DNA of 49,812 bases. Origin: Pseudomonas phage vB_Pae_SG_WM_Sew_P27. Position numbers and translations under genes: made by a program. Numbering within the stretch: position 1 is the first letter of the stretch; every line of letters begins with the position of its first letter. A model generated the notes under the pieces. The model did not search any database, was not told the origin of the DNA, and worked only from the letters and a program-made list of their open reading frames with translations. This document shows, piece after piece, positions 24,419-34,143 of the stretch. The stretch lies in sequence record PP740689.1; one strand, given 5' to 3'.

Positions 24419-24869
24419 GTCGAGGCCACTCCCTGTTCATCGCGATGTCGAAGATGTCAGCGAGGAGGATGTACTCGGGCAGAATCTCGGCCCACCCAGG
24501 ATCGATGATCGAGCGCTCTCGCATCACGACGGTCGCGTTGAAGCGCCAGTGGTCGCGCCCGACGAGATATCCACCGTCGTAGATCCCCTCGAAGTGCAGG
24601 TGGCACGGAACAATGCCTTCTTCCGTTCTGAGCTCGCACTCGAACCACTTGACGCCGTCTTTCAGGACGTCTCGGTACCACCCCTTGAACAGACGCGCCT
24701 GCTCAGCGGTGAACAGCCAAGAAACCTCCAGAGCAACCGGCACGCCGCTGAAGTTCCGTCGATAGCGTGCCCGGCCGCTCTGGAGGGCGGTCCTGGCCAT
24801 TGGTTCAACCGTCTTGAAGCCATAGCCCTCCCTGAGCGGGAAGGGAAGGCCATCAGGCCATTTGATCAT
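24402..24869 (-). CDS. minor tail protein (M-like, positional)
   Basis: ORF track. Start overlaps the TMP stop by 4 nt. Confidence 0.45.
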   Translation of the reverse strand: MIKWPDGLPFPLREGYGFKTVEPMARTALQSGRARYRRNFSGVPVALEVSWLFTAEQARLFKGWYRDVLKDGVKWFECELRTEEGIVPCHLHFEGIYDGGYLVGRDHWRFNATVVMRERSIIDPGWAEILPEYILLADIFDIAMNREWPRHGDGS

Positions 24870-27800
24870 CGCCCTGCCCTCTTGAATCCATAGGCGCCTT
24901 CGATTGCTTTCGGGTAAAGCCCCTGGCCAGACGAAACCTTGTTGGCAAAGTCCTGCTCGACCGCATCGAGAGTTACCCGCAGGTTGTTGCCGTCCATGGT
25001 GGCGGTGGCGGAAACCGGAGGACCGTTGTTGATGATCTGCAGGCTGATCTGCGGCGAGCCCTGCGCGGTGGCGTCGCCGTTGCTGATCACCTCGCCTCGC
25101 GTATTCGGCAGCATGTACTGCCGGCCATTCGCAGCCTGGAATACCTCTGGCGCGCCGTTCTCGTTGATCCGGTACATGCCGCCCGCTCCTACGGGACCGC
25201 CGTACTGGCGACCTCCAGCGAACATCCCAAGCATTGCCGGGATGGCGGCCGCCATTGCGGTAAGTCCAGCCGTTGCCGCCCCGCCGAATGACGCAACCGA
25301 AGCGGCAGCAGCGGCTGGCGCGTAGGCAGAAGCCATAGCGGCGCCGGTCGCTGCGGCTGTCGTCGCCGCAGCCGCCTGCTGGGCCTGACCCATGATGAAG
25401 TTCTTCGCCTGCTCGATGCCGACCTTGACGAGGGCACCGACGACTTGGTTCAGCATGGCGCCGGCCAGTTGTCGCATGGCGTCGGCACCATTGTTCGCCC
25501 CGGTTATCAGCCCTGTCAGAGCGTTCGTACCGGCCTGCTGCACTTGATCAAGGGTTGCCATGATCATCTCATTGCCGGCAGCCTGGCGGCGGAATCGCTC
25601 CTCCTCCAGTTGCTTCATCGTGGCATCGTGCTGTTGCTCTGCCTGCGCCTTGAGTTCCAGGTAGCGCTGGTCCTCGAGCAATTTGGCCTCGTTCAGCTTC
25701 TTCAGGTTCTCCAGTTCGGCCTGGTAGCGCTGATCTTCGCCGGCGATCGGGTCCATCTGACCCAGCAACTGCTTGTTGGCTTCGACCTGTTGCGCTTCAT
25801 ACAGTGCCGCGGCGAGCGCGCGGACCTGGGCGACCTGCTCCGGCGTGGCGAATGGATTAAGGCGAGATTGCGCCCCAGCTTCTGCCAGTTCCTTTCCCTT
25901 CAGTCCAGCCTGTGCCAGTTGCTGGGAAAGGTCTCCGATAGTCTTCTCATTGTCCAAGGCAGCGCGACGCTGATCCTCCATCGACTTTTTGACCGTAGAG
26001 GCGGTATCAGAGGCTGACTTCTTCTCTTGCTTCCGCGCTTCGCTGTTGCGGAATATCTGGACAGCGAGACGCTCCGCCTCCGCGATCTCCTCTTTTGTGG
26101 CATCAGCACTGAGCTTTTTGCGCGCGGCAAGCTTCGCCCGTTCTTCACCCGCGAGAGCAGATAGTTCAGCCTCGTCGCGAAGATTCTGGAGAGCCTTTGT
26201 ATCCTCCGGGTTTGCCTGGCGATCCGGGCCATTACCAGATGGGGATGAACTCTTTTTATCTAGGGCTGCGTCGACGTCTGAACGCTTTTTCTGTAACTGG
26301 TCAAGCTCCTGCGTAAGCTCCTCGACCGCGCCCTGGATACGCACGGCATCTTCAGCATATCGATTGGCCCTTCGACCAGAGCCTTGGGCTTCTTTTGCCG
26401 CGAACGCATAGTTTTCCCCAAGCAGTTTGAGCTTATCGCTCACTGCTTGGATTCGCTTGTCGATGTCCAGTTGTGCAACCTTCAGCTGTGCCTGTCCAAG
26501 TTTTTCAACGGACAGGGTTAGAAGGTCCGTAGGCTCTTTCGCCTCCCGTGCATTCGTTGCAAATGTTGCGATCGCGGTTGCTGCCAGCAGAACAACCCCA
26601 AGCGGTCCGCCGAGGAACGCCATTGCCGATCGAAGTCCACCCATCACCACCGTCCCGGTGGTTGCTACACCATTCAGCGTTGCTTGAGCAGCCGTTAGCG
26701 CTCTTGTGGCGGCCAAGTCGCGTTCTTTAGCGGCCAGCAGCGCGTTTAGAGCTGTTGCGTGGGCATTTGAACCCCTGGCAGCATTCAAGTCCGCCTGAGC
26801 CAGAGCGACAGCCGCGGCGGCGGCGGCCTTCTCTGCCTCTGCCCGCCTCAGTGCACCTATAGCAGCATTCCGATCAGCTGCTATCTGCTCAAGCGTTGCC
26901 CGCAATCTTTGCACTTGGGCCGCACCTGCTGCATACAGGGAGGTAACTAGACGCCCAGCCACAACAGAGGCCAGAGAAGCTGCTGCGACTGTTGCAGTGT
27001 CGAGAAATGCTGCCATTTTTTCCGAGTCAAGCCCGAACTCAAGAAGCGCATCAGCAGCCGAAATAAGACCATTGGTGAAGGTTTGAAGGGCGCCAGTCTG
27101 GTCTTCCAGCGAAACAAGGACTTGAGTAAATGCAGTCCGAATCCTGACCCCTGCATCGGTCAGGTTATTGGACATGCCGGCGGCTGCCTTTGAGTTCTCT
27201 TCCAAGGACTTACGTAGACCCTCGGTGAGCATTTGCGCCGTTAATTGCCCCTGCGCACCAAGACTCCTGACTTCCGCCCCCGTCTTACCTGCAGCGGCGC
27301 CGATATCCTCAATAACAGACGGAACTGCGCTGGAGATTGTTTCCCATTGGTCAGCCGAAACCTTGCCGGTGTTGATTGCCTTGGAGAACTGGCTGATCGC
27401 TGCCTCTGCTGCATCCGCCTTGGTCGCATTGGTCACGAATGCATACGACAGCGAATCCATCACATCCAGTGCAGACGTTGTGTCGTATCCGAGAGCTTTC
27501 AGGCCTGCAGAAGTGCGGATGTAGAGTTCCTGCGCCTCGGAGAGCGCTCGGTATGTCCCGTTGGCGGTACGGAGCAGTCTGGCCTGTACGTTTTCATACT
27601 CTTCCTGGCTTGCAGACGCCAGACGAACCCTGTCAGCCATCTCCTGATAGGACTGGACCATGCTGGCCATCTCGCGGAGCGCTGACGCCGCGATGATCGT
27701 CTTAATAGCCGACGAAAGCTTGGTGACAGTCGTGTTGAGACGTGCCGCCTCGCTATCAGCACGCCGCATGGTTGCCTGCATCTGATCCAATGAACGGTCA

Positions 27801-27877
27801 GCAGCATTCGTGCCGTTTACAAGGCCAGAGGTATCCGCCTCGACGGTGTAATAGATGCTGCCGACATTCTCAGCCAT
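24866..27877 (-). CDS. tail tape measure protein
   Basis: About 1000-aa Ala/Gln-rich protein with coiled-coil and Gly-rich segments. ATG 27877 with AAGGAG RBS overlaps the chaperone stop by 1 nt (TGATG). Track ORF start 27931 would be a longer alternative. Confidence 0.9.
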   Translation of the reverse strand: MAENVGSIYYTVEADTSGLVNGTNAADRSLDQMQATMRRADSEAARLNTTVTKLSSAIKTIIAASALREMASMVQSYQEMADRVRLASASQEEYENVQARLLRTANGTYRALSEAQELYIRTSAGLKALGYDTTSALDVMDSLSYAFVTNATKADAAEAAISQFSKAINTGKVSADQWETISSAVPSVIEDIGAAAGKTGAEVRSLGAQGQLTAQMLTEGLRKSLEENSKAAAGMSNNLTDAGVRIRTAFTQVLVSLEDQTGALQTFTNGLISAADALLEFGLDSEKMAAFLDTATVAAASLASVVAGRLVTSLYAAGAAQVQRLRATLEQIAADRNAAIGALRRAEAEKAAAAAAVALAQADLNAARGSNAHATALNALLAAKERDLAATRALTAAQATLNGVATTGTVVMGGLRSAMAFLGGPLGVVLLAATAIATFATNAREAKEPTDLLTLSVEKLGQAQLKVAQLDIDKRIQAVSDKLKLLGENYAFAAKEAQGSGRRANRYAEDAVRIQGAVEELTQELDQLQKKRSDVDAALDKKSSSPSGNGPDRQANPEDTKALQNLRDEAELSALAGEERAKLAARKKLSADATKEEIAEAERLAVQIFRNSEARKQEKKSASDTASTVKKSMEDQRRAALDNEKTIGDLSQQLAQAGLKGKELAEAGAQSRLNPFATPEQVAQVRALAAALYEAQQVEANKQLLGQMDPIAGEDQRYQAELENLKKLNEAKLLEDQRYLELKAQAEQQHDATMKQLEEERFRRQAAGNEMIMATLDQVQQAGTNALTGLITGANNGADAMRQLAGAMLNQVVGALVKVGIEQAKNFIMGQAQQAAAATTAAATGAAMASAYAPAAAAASVASFGGAATAGLTAMAAAIPAMLGMFAGGRQYGGPVGAGGMYRINENGAPEVFQAANGRQYMLPNTRGEVISNGDATAQGSPQISLQIINNGPPVSATATMDGNNLRVTLDAVEQDFANKVSSGQGLYPKAIEGAYGFKRAGR

Positions 27878-28494
27878 CAGGGTGCTCCTTTCGCCCGCGC
27901 CTTGCGCTTGGCCTCGATCTTGTCGAACCACTCCATCGTCGCGTCATGCTCTGCCGCGGTCGGGGCTCTGGCGCCCGGAGCGTTCGATTCGGTTGGGGGG
28001 TATTTCGCGCGCAGGGCGCCGATCAGGCCGGTCATGGTCATGGACCAAGCTTCGCGCTCGCTCAGCCCCAGGTGCGCTATCGCCGTCGCGACGTACTCCC
28101 GCGCAACGAACTCCCCCGAGTAGTTCGGCTCTTCGTCGTGGCGCCGGGGAAGCGGCGGAAGCGCTCCTGTGACGCCGTGCTTCAGCAGGCAGCGCGCGAG
28201 AGGCACAAGGTGCTCGACGTCCGCAGTTCCTGGCCGGTAGACAAGATCCTGGTCGTAGTAGCCAAACACGTCGGACAGGTCCTGCTCACTACAGGCCACC
28301 ACCACGGCCAGGGCGTCCGCGAACTGGTCCGCCTGATGCTTCTCAGTGATCGGGTCGCTCATGACGCGCGCGAAGACGTCGACAATCTCGGCCGGCGTAC
28401 CGAGCTGGGTCATGGCGTACAGGGACGGCCGCAGGAGAAAGAACTCCCCCGAGGCCGTGTGTACGCCTATCTCACCGATCTCGGTGAGGATCAC
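27877..28494 (-). CDS. tail assembly chaperone (positional)
   Basis: Lies between the major tail protein and TMP, overlapping both ends. No G-T frameshift partner is evident. Confidence 0.5.
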   Translation of the reverse strand: MILTEIGEIGVHTASGEFFLLRPSLYAMTQLGTPAEIVDVFARVMSDPITEKHQADQFADALAVVVACSEQDLSDVFGYYDQDLVYRPGTADVEHLVPLARCLLKHGVTGALPPLPRRHDEEPNYSGEFVAREYVATAIAHLGLSEREAWSMTMTGLIGALRAKYPPTESNAPGARAPTAAEHDATMEWFDKIEAKRKARAKGAP

Positions 28495-29486
28495 GGCGCA
28501 GTGACGGTTACCGGAACTGTCACGCTCACCGACGGCCGCGCCGCACTGGTGATTTTCACCGTGGTGGTGCCCACATCAACGCCGGTAACCAGGCCGGTAG
28601 AGCTCACGGTAGCAATCGCCGGCGCCGCACTTTCGTAGACCAGGCCAGGAGCCGCGCCAGTCGGAGATACAGCGGCGGTCAGTTGCTGGGTGGCACCTTC
28701 GGCGATCGAGACAGATGTCGGCGAGACGGTGATGCCCTGCACCAGCGGGATGACCGTGACGGTTGCGGTATCGGTGACGCCCGGGGCGACGCTGGAAGCG
28801 GCGGTGATCGTGGCGGTACCGGCCGACAGCGCGCTCACCTCGCCGGTAACCGTGTTCACTGCGGCCACGGTCGGCGCACTGGAAGTCCAGCGCAGGCCTT
28901 GCGGAGCGCCAACAGGCAGCACGACGCCCTCGAAGTTGAAGCCCTCGCCAACGGTCAGCGAGAGAGTCTCCGGCACGACTTGAATGCTGGTCGGGTCCGG
29001 CGCATCAGCGTCGGGGGTATCCTCGACGATCAGGCCGAAGTCCGAAGCGGTCGCCGAAGCCTCGAAGCTGTAGGTGGTGACATCGTCGTATGGTGCGGAG
29101 CGGCTGAGGTTGCTGATGAGCATGAATGCGGTGAACGTCAGGTCCGGGAAGGTCATGCGCATCCAGACAACAGGCTGCCCGCCGGTCGCGTCCGGCTTCA
29201 CGACATGCTTCGTCAGGTCGATCAGGTTCTGCGCGCCAGCACCCGAGGACTTCACGGTACCGTCACCGGAAATGGTCAGCGTCTGGAAGCTGGCCAGGTT
29301 CTCGCGCAGCGCGCCGACCGAGTCGGAATCGGTTGCGTCGATGGTGTCCCATTCGACAGTGAACTCCTTCGTGCGGAGCGACCCGAAACGGAGCCAGTCA
29401 GTCTCCGCCGGCAACACATCGCCACACCCGATGAAATACTCGAGCACGACGTCGCGGCCCGGAAATTTGAGCTTCTTGCAAGCCAT
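28491..29486 (-). CDS. major tail protein with C-terminal Ig-like (Big_2-type) domains
   Basis: N-terminal tail-tube-like domain, then Thr/Val/Ala-rich repeats (ATVTVIPLVQGITVSPTSVSIAEGATQQLTAAVSPTG...) typical of Ig-like decoration domains. Confidence 0.8.
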   Translation of the reverse strand: MACKKLKFPGRDVVLEYFIGCGDVLPAETDWLRFGSLRTKEFTVEWDTIDATDSDSVGALRENLASFQTLTISGDGTVKSSGAGAQNLIDLTKHVVKPDATGGQPVVWMRMTFPDLTFTAFMLISNLSRSAPYDDVTTYSFEASATASDFGLIVEDTPDADAPDPTSIQVVPETLSLTVGEGFNFEGVVLPVGAPQGLRWTSSAPTVAAVNTVTGEVSALSAGTATITAASSVAPGVTDTATVTVIPLVQGITVSPTSVSIAEGATQQLTAAVSPTGAAPGLVYESAAPAIATVSSTGLVTGVDVGTTTVKITSAARPSVSVTVPVTVTAP

Positions 29487-29500
29487 GTCTGGCCTCCTGA

Positions 29501-29875
29501 TTAATAGAGAACTTCAAGGTCCAGGCTGTACCAGGCCCGGTTTTCGGTGGTGTATCCGGGCCCTATCGGCGCGCCGATTGCCCGAACAGATGCGGCGCCA
29601 CAGGGGACGCTGTCACCAAGCGCTGCCTGCGCCAGGGTCTCGATTGAGTTGCCGACGTCGACAACGTGTTTCCGGACGCCCTTCGGGCCGAGGAGGATCA
29701 CCTTGAACCGCAGGCGGCGAATGTCGACCTGGGTCGGGGGACCGCCGGTTTGCTGGATCGCTGCGATGAATGCCGAGTCGAGCGAGGGGTGGTCGACCCA
29801 CATCCCACGGCTGTACTGGTAGCCCTCGCCCAGGATCGAAGCCAGCCAATCCTGGAAGGCGTCGTAGGGTGTCAT
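29501..29875 (-). CDS. tail completion/terminator protein (positional)
   Basis: ORF track. Coupled in the head-tail joining gene string. Confidence 0.4.
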   Translation of the reverse strand: MTPYDAFQDWLASILGEGYQYSRGMWVDHPSLDSAFIAAIQQTGGPPTQVDIRRLRFKVILLGPKGVRKHVVDVGNSIETLAQAALGDSVPCGAASVRAIGAPIGPGYTTENRAWYSLDLEVLY

Positions 29876-30276
29876 ACGCGGTAGGTCCTGCGGAGGATGG
29901 CCGGGATTGCTGGAATGATCTGGTCAAAGCCCTTCGTGAGAAATTCAGGCTCCGCATTCGGGTCCCAGTAGTCCCCCCGGCTAGGGTCGTTCTCGTCCCG
30001 CGGCTGGCCGGCGAGAGTGCCTGGCGCATCGTGGACTGCTGCTGCGTAGGCAGCGGTGTAACCGACGCTGCCCTCGACCCCGTTTGGGCCAACAGTGATC
30101 TGGGGGGCCGTTTGGCTGTTGACCAGAGTCGATGTGTCGATCGGTGTCATGGTCTGCGCCATTGCCGCTCCCTGGCTCAGCACCTCATAAACAGCGCGCT
30201 CGGAAACGCCGCCGGCAATGTTTTCGACAGCCACACGAAGATTCCGCCGGACGCGGTCGATGCCTTGGATTGCCAT
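29872..30276 (-). CDS. head-tail joining protein (HK97 gp10-like, positional)
   Basis: ORF track. 4-nt overlap with its neighbour. Confidence 0.45.
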   Translation of the reverse strand: MAIQGIDRVRRNLRVAVENIAGGVSERAVYEVLSQGAAMAQTMTPIDTSTLVNSQTAPQITVGPNGVEGSVGYTAAYAAAVHDAPGTLAGQPRDENDPSRGDYWDPNAEPEFLTKGFDQIIPAIPAILRRTYRV

Positions 30277-30277
30277 G

Positions 30278-30616
30278 TCAGGTCACCAGTAAAAAGTCCG
30301 GCTGCTCGCCGAAGAAGGACATGTCCCAGTTCGTCACCGAGCGAATCTCTTCCCAGCCGTTGGAGCCGTCGAACTGGATCAGGTCCAGGTACTTCGGCCG
30401 GCGGTCCTCGGTGAATATCTGGTGCCGCGATACGAACTCGGCACCTCGCGCCCCAGACTGACCACCCTCGTCCCGCATCTGCTCGCTCTTGGCGGTCCAA
30501 GTGCAAGCGATCTCGTACTCGGGACCGTAAACAGCCTCCTGGGTCGAAAGGTCGAAGTGCAGGAATGGCCGAACCGTCGCCGTGTTGGTGTAGCTCCAAT
30601 TCGCTGTCGTGCTCAT
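30278..30616 (-). CDS. head closure/adaptor protein (positional)
   Basis: ORF track. Confidence 0.45.
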   Translation of the reverse strand: MSTTANWSYTNTATVRPFLHFDLSTQEAVYGPEYEIACTWTAKSEQMRDEGGQSGARGAEFVSRHQIFTEDRRPKYLDLIQFDGSNGWEEIRSVTNWDMSFFGEQPDFLLVT

Positions 30617-31095
30617 GAGTCACCACACATGCAGCCACCGCGCGCGATCCAAAGACCGCCATGGGCGGTCTGGGTTGGGTTCGGAGGAATCAGCCCCGTC
30701 GCACATCCGTACTTGTCCAGGGCGTTCAGCAGGGCCAACTGCGCCTTCCAGCGATCAGCAAAGGCCTGGTAGCGAAACGATCGAGAAGCGCCGGATGGTG
30801 CCGTCTGGCTGCTGATGTACTTGTCGGCCTGGGCCAAGGCGAATAGCGCCAGCAGGTAGGCCTGAATCAGCAGTGCGGTCGATGCCGGGTAATGTGCATC
30901 CAGGCAGTCCTGGATCTGCTGCAATTGCTCGATCCACGCCGCAAGGATGAAATCGGGCACGTTGTCGATGCCCTGGCTCTGCAGGTACTGCCGGGCCTGC
31001 TCAACTGTGATCATGTCCGATTCCTGGAAGAAGAAGGCCCCATCGCTGAGGCCAGAAACGACGAAGCCGCCCGCAGGCGGCCTCTCGTCACGCAC
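30613..31095 (-). CDS. gp6-like head-tail connector protein
   Basis: MITVEQARQYLQSQGIDNVPDFILAAWIEQ resembles phage gp6-like connector N-termini. The real start may be the internal Met at about 31014. Confidence 0.5.
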   Translation of the reverse strand: MRDERPPAGGFVVSGLSDGAFFFQESDMITVEQARQYLQSQGIDNVPDFILAAWIEQLQQIQDCLDAHYPASTALLIQAYLLALFALAQADKYISSQTAPSGASRSFRYQAFADRWKAQLALLNALDKYGCATGLIPPNPTQTAHGGLWIARGGCMCGDS

Positions 31096-31098
31096 CGG

Positions 31099-31290
31099 TC
31101 ACTCGGTTTTCGGCGGTCGCCCTCGGCGTTTCTGCTCGACATCCGAACTTGCAGCCGGCGTAGCTGCTTCGAGGACAGAATCGCCGCCGAGGGGGCGCAC
31201 GTTGGGTTTTAGCGACGGGTGAAGGTGCTCCAGTTCCACCACGTCGCCCACGCTTACGCCATGCCAGGCGCGGGTCACTTCGTAGCGCAC
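31099..31290 (-). CDS. small hypothetical protein (63 aa, C-terminal KRRGRPPK)
   Basis: ORF track. Lies between the capsid and connector genes. Confidence 0.35.
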   Translation of the reverse strand: MRYEVTRAWHGVSVGDVVELEHLHPSLKPNVRPLGGDSVLEAATPAASSDVEQKRRGRPPKTE

Positions 31291-31299
31291 GTCGCCCCC

Positions 31300-32394
31300 T
31301 TACGCCAGGTTGGCGCCGTAGATCACGCCGGACAGACCTTCGTCGTCCTTCTTCACCTGGATGCCCATGGCGCTCATGATCTGGAAGTTGTAGTTGACCT
31401 GCGGCAGCGGGCGCGGCAGCGGGATAACACCGGTAGCCATGCCGACTAGCGGGGACACCACGTCACGACGTCGCTGATAACCCAGGAACTCGTTGCCCGA
31501 CAGGGCGAAGGTCTGGCGAACCTCGCGCGCCGGGATGAAGCGCATGACCGCATCGAGCACGGTGCCGGCCACCACCGCGTTGGCACCGCCGCCCATGGTG
31601 ATCATGTACGGCTGGGACAGGTTGGCGTTGATTTCCGGGGAAACCCAGAGAACATCGTAGGCGTCCACCTTGTTGGCACGCGCAGCTTGGCCGAATGCGC
31701 CTTTGGTGAAGAAGTCGATGATCTGCTGCGGCGTGGCGGTGGTCAGGTCGATGTTCGCGCCGCCGGCGCCGGAGCCCAGGTTGACCTTGATGGTGTTGCG
31801 GTGATTGCGCAGACCCTGAGCCGGGTAGTTCTCGACCTGGATGTTGGTGGCGCCGTCCAGGGTGTAGGCAACGATCCGCTTGTTGAACTTGCGGAGCTTC
31901 GCAGCCTGCGAGTCCAGAACCAGGTCGATGCCGACGGTGTTCATGCCGGCAGCATGGCGCCAGTTGACACCGTAGCCGGCGGTGAACACCGGAATGGGGT
32001 CGCCATCGGAGTTGTACTCGGTGTGATCGAAGGAGTACGGGGCCTGGCCGTCGATGCTCACCGACACGTCATCGGCGATGTCGCCGACCACGTTGTAGAG
32101 CTTGGCGGTCTTGCCGATCGGAAGCACGGTCTGCACCTGCAGGAGGTCGTTGACGATCTCCATGCCGGTCTCCTGGTTGCGGTACTGGATGATCTGGGCG
32201 TCGATCTCTGCCCAGAACTCACGCCCCAGGCCGGCCAGCGCATTGCAGGCCAGCATTCCCGGGGTCATGGCGCCGCGGTGCTCGGCGAGCATAGCGGCGT
32301 TCTGGTTGTTCCAGATGTTGCGGTTGGCCTGCAACTCCTGGTAGTGGCCCATCAGGCGAGGATGGGCGGCGGTTGCTTGCTGGGTGAGGAACAT
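31300..32394 (-). CDS. major capsid protein
   Basis: 364-aa protein directly after the decoration and protease-scaffold genes, with a small-hydrophilic-residue composition typical of coat proteins. Family not assignable by eye. Confidence 0.75.
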   Translation of the reverse strand: MFLTQQATAAHPRLMGHYQELQANRNIWNNQNAAMLAEHRGAMTPGMLACNALAGLGREFWAEIDAQIIQYRNQETGMEIVNDLLQVQTVLPIGKTAKLYNVVGDIADDVSVSIDGQAPYSFDHTEYNSDGDPIPVFTAGYGVNWRHAAGMNTVGIDLVLDSQAAKLRKFNKRIVAYTLDGATNIQVENYPAQGLRNHRNTIKVNLGSGAGGANIDLTTATPQQIIDFFTKGAFGQAARANKVDAYDVLWVSPEINANLSQPYMITMGGGANAVVAGTVLDAVMRFIPAREVRQTFALSGNEFLGYQRRRDVVSPLVGMATGVIPLPRPLPQVNYNFQIMSAMGIQVKKDDEGLSGVIYGANLA

Positions 32395-32409
32395 GTGTCC
32401 GTACTCCTA

Positions 32410-32859
32410 TTAGGGCGCCGGGGCGGCGACACTGCCGACACGGAAGCGGATGCGGATGAAGTCGGTTTCGCCGGAGGCGATGACTGCATCGTCCTGGCTG
32501 TACCCGAGGACCGTGTCGGTATCGCTCGACGCGATGGCACCCTGGCCGCTGGTGCCGAGTTTGATCGGCGTGTCTTTCTTGTAGGTGCCGGCCGGGCACA
32601 GCACGGCGAGTTCGCGACCCTCTTCGACGTAGTTGCCCACGGCCGAATGGCCGGCGGGAACCGCATCGCGGATGTTGAGTCCTTCGTGGTGAGCGCAGTC
32701 GATGACGTAGAGGCGGCCAACGCTGGCGCTTGCCTGGGCGAACAGGTCGCTGCCATTGATCACGGCGAACGTGCCGGGCAGGAGTGCCGCGGCGGTCTTG
32801 CGGGTTTCGGTCTTGAACAGCGACTTGCCGTCGATGTTCACGCGACGATAGCGAGACAT
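32410..32859 (-). CDS. head decoration protein (positional)
   Basis: 149-aa ORF between the protease-scaffold and capsid genes. Confidence 0.45.
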   Translation of the reverse strand: MSRYRRVNIDGKSLFKTETRKTAAALLPGTFAVINGSDLFAQASASVGRLYVIDCAHHEGLNIRDAVPAGHSAVGNYVEEGRELAVLCPAGTYKKDTPIKLGTSGQGAIASSDTDTVLGYSQDDAVIASGETDFIRIRFRVGSVAAPAP

Positions 32860-32862
32860 GGC

Positions 32863-34140
32863 TTACTCCTTCGGCAGGTTGGCGATATCGGCGGTGAGGC
32901 CGCCTTTGTCGGTGGCAGCATTGGCGCCCAGTGGAGCGGATTCGCCGCACTGCTTGAACAGTTCCTTGAGCGCGTCGCCGGCCAGGCTGTTGGCGATGAC
33001 CTCGCCAAACTTGGCCTTGACCGCTTCGCGCATGCTGTCTTCCTCGGCGCGCTGGTTGGCGGTCAGCGTGTCGGCCAGCGCCTTGTGATTGGCGACCAGG
33101 CCGTCGACCTTGTCGGCCAGAGGCTTGATGATGGTGTCCGCCAGTTCCTTGATGGCGCTGGAGGTGTTGGTGCCGATTTCCTTCACGATTTCGGCCTTTT
33201 CTTCGGGGGTCAGGGGCATGTCGCCCTCCTTCTCAGGTTGATCAGGCCGAGCCTGACGATGGGTGAAAATGTTCTTGATGCTGTTGGCCACCATGGCGAC
33301 CCAGGACTCTTGCCTGACAACGGGCTGGCCGGATTCGTCGAAGACGATCTTCCCTGCCTCGACCTTGTAGCCGTACACCTCGGTCACACCGCCATTGCGG
33401 CTGATCACAGCCTGAGAATCGGTGAAGTCGGCAACCCATGCGTACTGGTCGGGCCCGGAGGCGAATCGCTCCTTTGCGGCGCGATCGAGACGCTGCTCCC
33501 GCTCCCGGTAGGACTCGCCAACCAGAGCGCCGGAATTCGGCTGAAGCGGGACAGCCTGGTCGGCGTTTACCATCAGGCCGACGCCCTGCTCAGGAGTGGC
33601 CGCCCCTACTTCGTGCAGCAGGATCGCGTCGTGATCCATGCTCTGGATGTCGGCGACCCACTCCGCGCCCTGGGCACGCTGGCTTTCGTTCGGCTCGATG
33701 CGATTGAGGAATGCGGCAACGCTGGTATGGATCGGGGGGACGTCCTCCCCCTTCTCCAGCGCTTCGACGCGCTGCAACAGTTCACGGCCGCCCTCCGTGG
33801 ACTTGGCAAACTCGACGTCGACCCACTTCTCCATGTAGACCCGGTTGCCGGACTTCTTCACGTTGCGGTTCCAGGCGCCGACGTGGGCGGCGTTGATCCC
33901 CTCAGGCGAGAACGCAGACACGAACTTCCCGTCGACCATCGGGTGCCCGAGCGGCGCCAGCGTTCCCTCCAGGCCTGGGTAGTGCTTGTCGATCTGCTCG
34001 GCGGTGTAGAGACCACCGTTCATGATCACGCCGGCCGGCAGGGTGTAGCTCGGCAGAACCAGGTGTTCGCGCCCGTTGTGTGTCTCACGCCGAATGCTGG
34101 CGCTGTTGACCTGGGTGGTGATGTTGACCTGCATGGGCAT
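32863..34140 (-). CDS. prohead protease-scaffold fusion (DUF2213-like N-terminus, coiled-coil C-terminus)
   Basis: N-terminal IRRETHNGREHLVLPSYTLPAGVIMNGGLYTAEQI...GHPMVDG resembles the XkdF/DUF2213 prohead protease. The C-terminal half is Ala/Glu/Lys-rich and scaffold-like. Confidence 0.55.
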   Translation of the reverse strand: MPMQVNITTQVNSASIRRETHNGREHLVLPSYTLPAGVIMNGGLYTAEQIDKHYPGLEGTLAPLGHPMVDGKFVSAFSPEGINAAHVGAWNRNVKKSGNRVYMEKWVDVEFAKSTEGGRELLQRVEALEKGEDVPPIHTSVAAFLNRIEPNESQRAQGAEWVADIQSMDHDAILLHEVGAATPEQGVGLMVNADQAVPLQPNSGALVGESYREREQRLDRAAKERFASGPDQYAWVADFTDSQAVISRNGGVTEVYGYKVEAGKIVFDESGQPVVRQESWVAMVANSIKNIFTHRQARPDQPEKEGDMPLTPEEKAEIVKEIGTNTSSAIKELADTIIKPLADKVDGLVANHKALADTLTANQRAEEDSMREAVKAKFGEVIANSLAGDALKELFKQCGESAPLGANAATDKGGLTADIANLPKE

Positions 34141-34143
34141 GGC

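Noticed and set aside
27877-28494. Programmed -1 frameshift (G/G-T) in the tail chaperone
   Set aside because: No downstream alternative-frame extension is available because the tape-measure start codon overlaps the chaperone stop by 1 nt, and no slippery heptamer is evident. It cannot be supported from the sequence.
27742-28638. 298-aa + strand ORF
   Set aside because: It is antisense to the tail chaperone and tape-measure genes, and is Arg/Pro-rich.
32219-32950. 243-aa Arg-rich - strand ORF
   Set aside because: It is an alternative frame of the decoration and capsid region with an extreme Arg/Pro/His composition.
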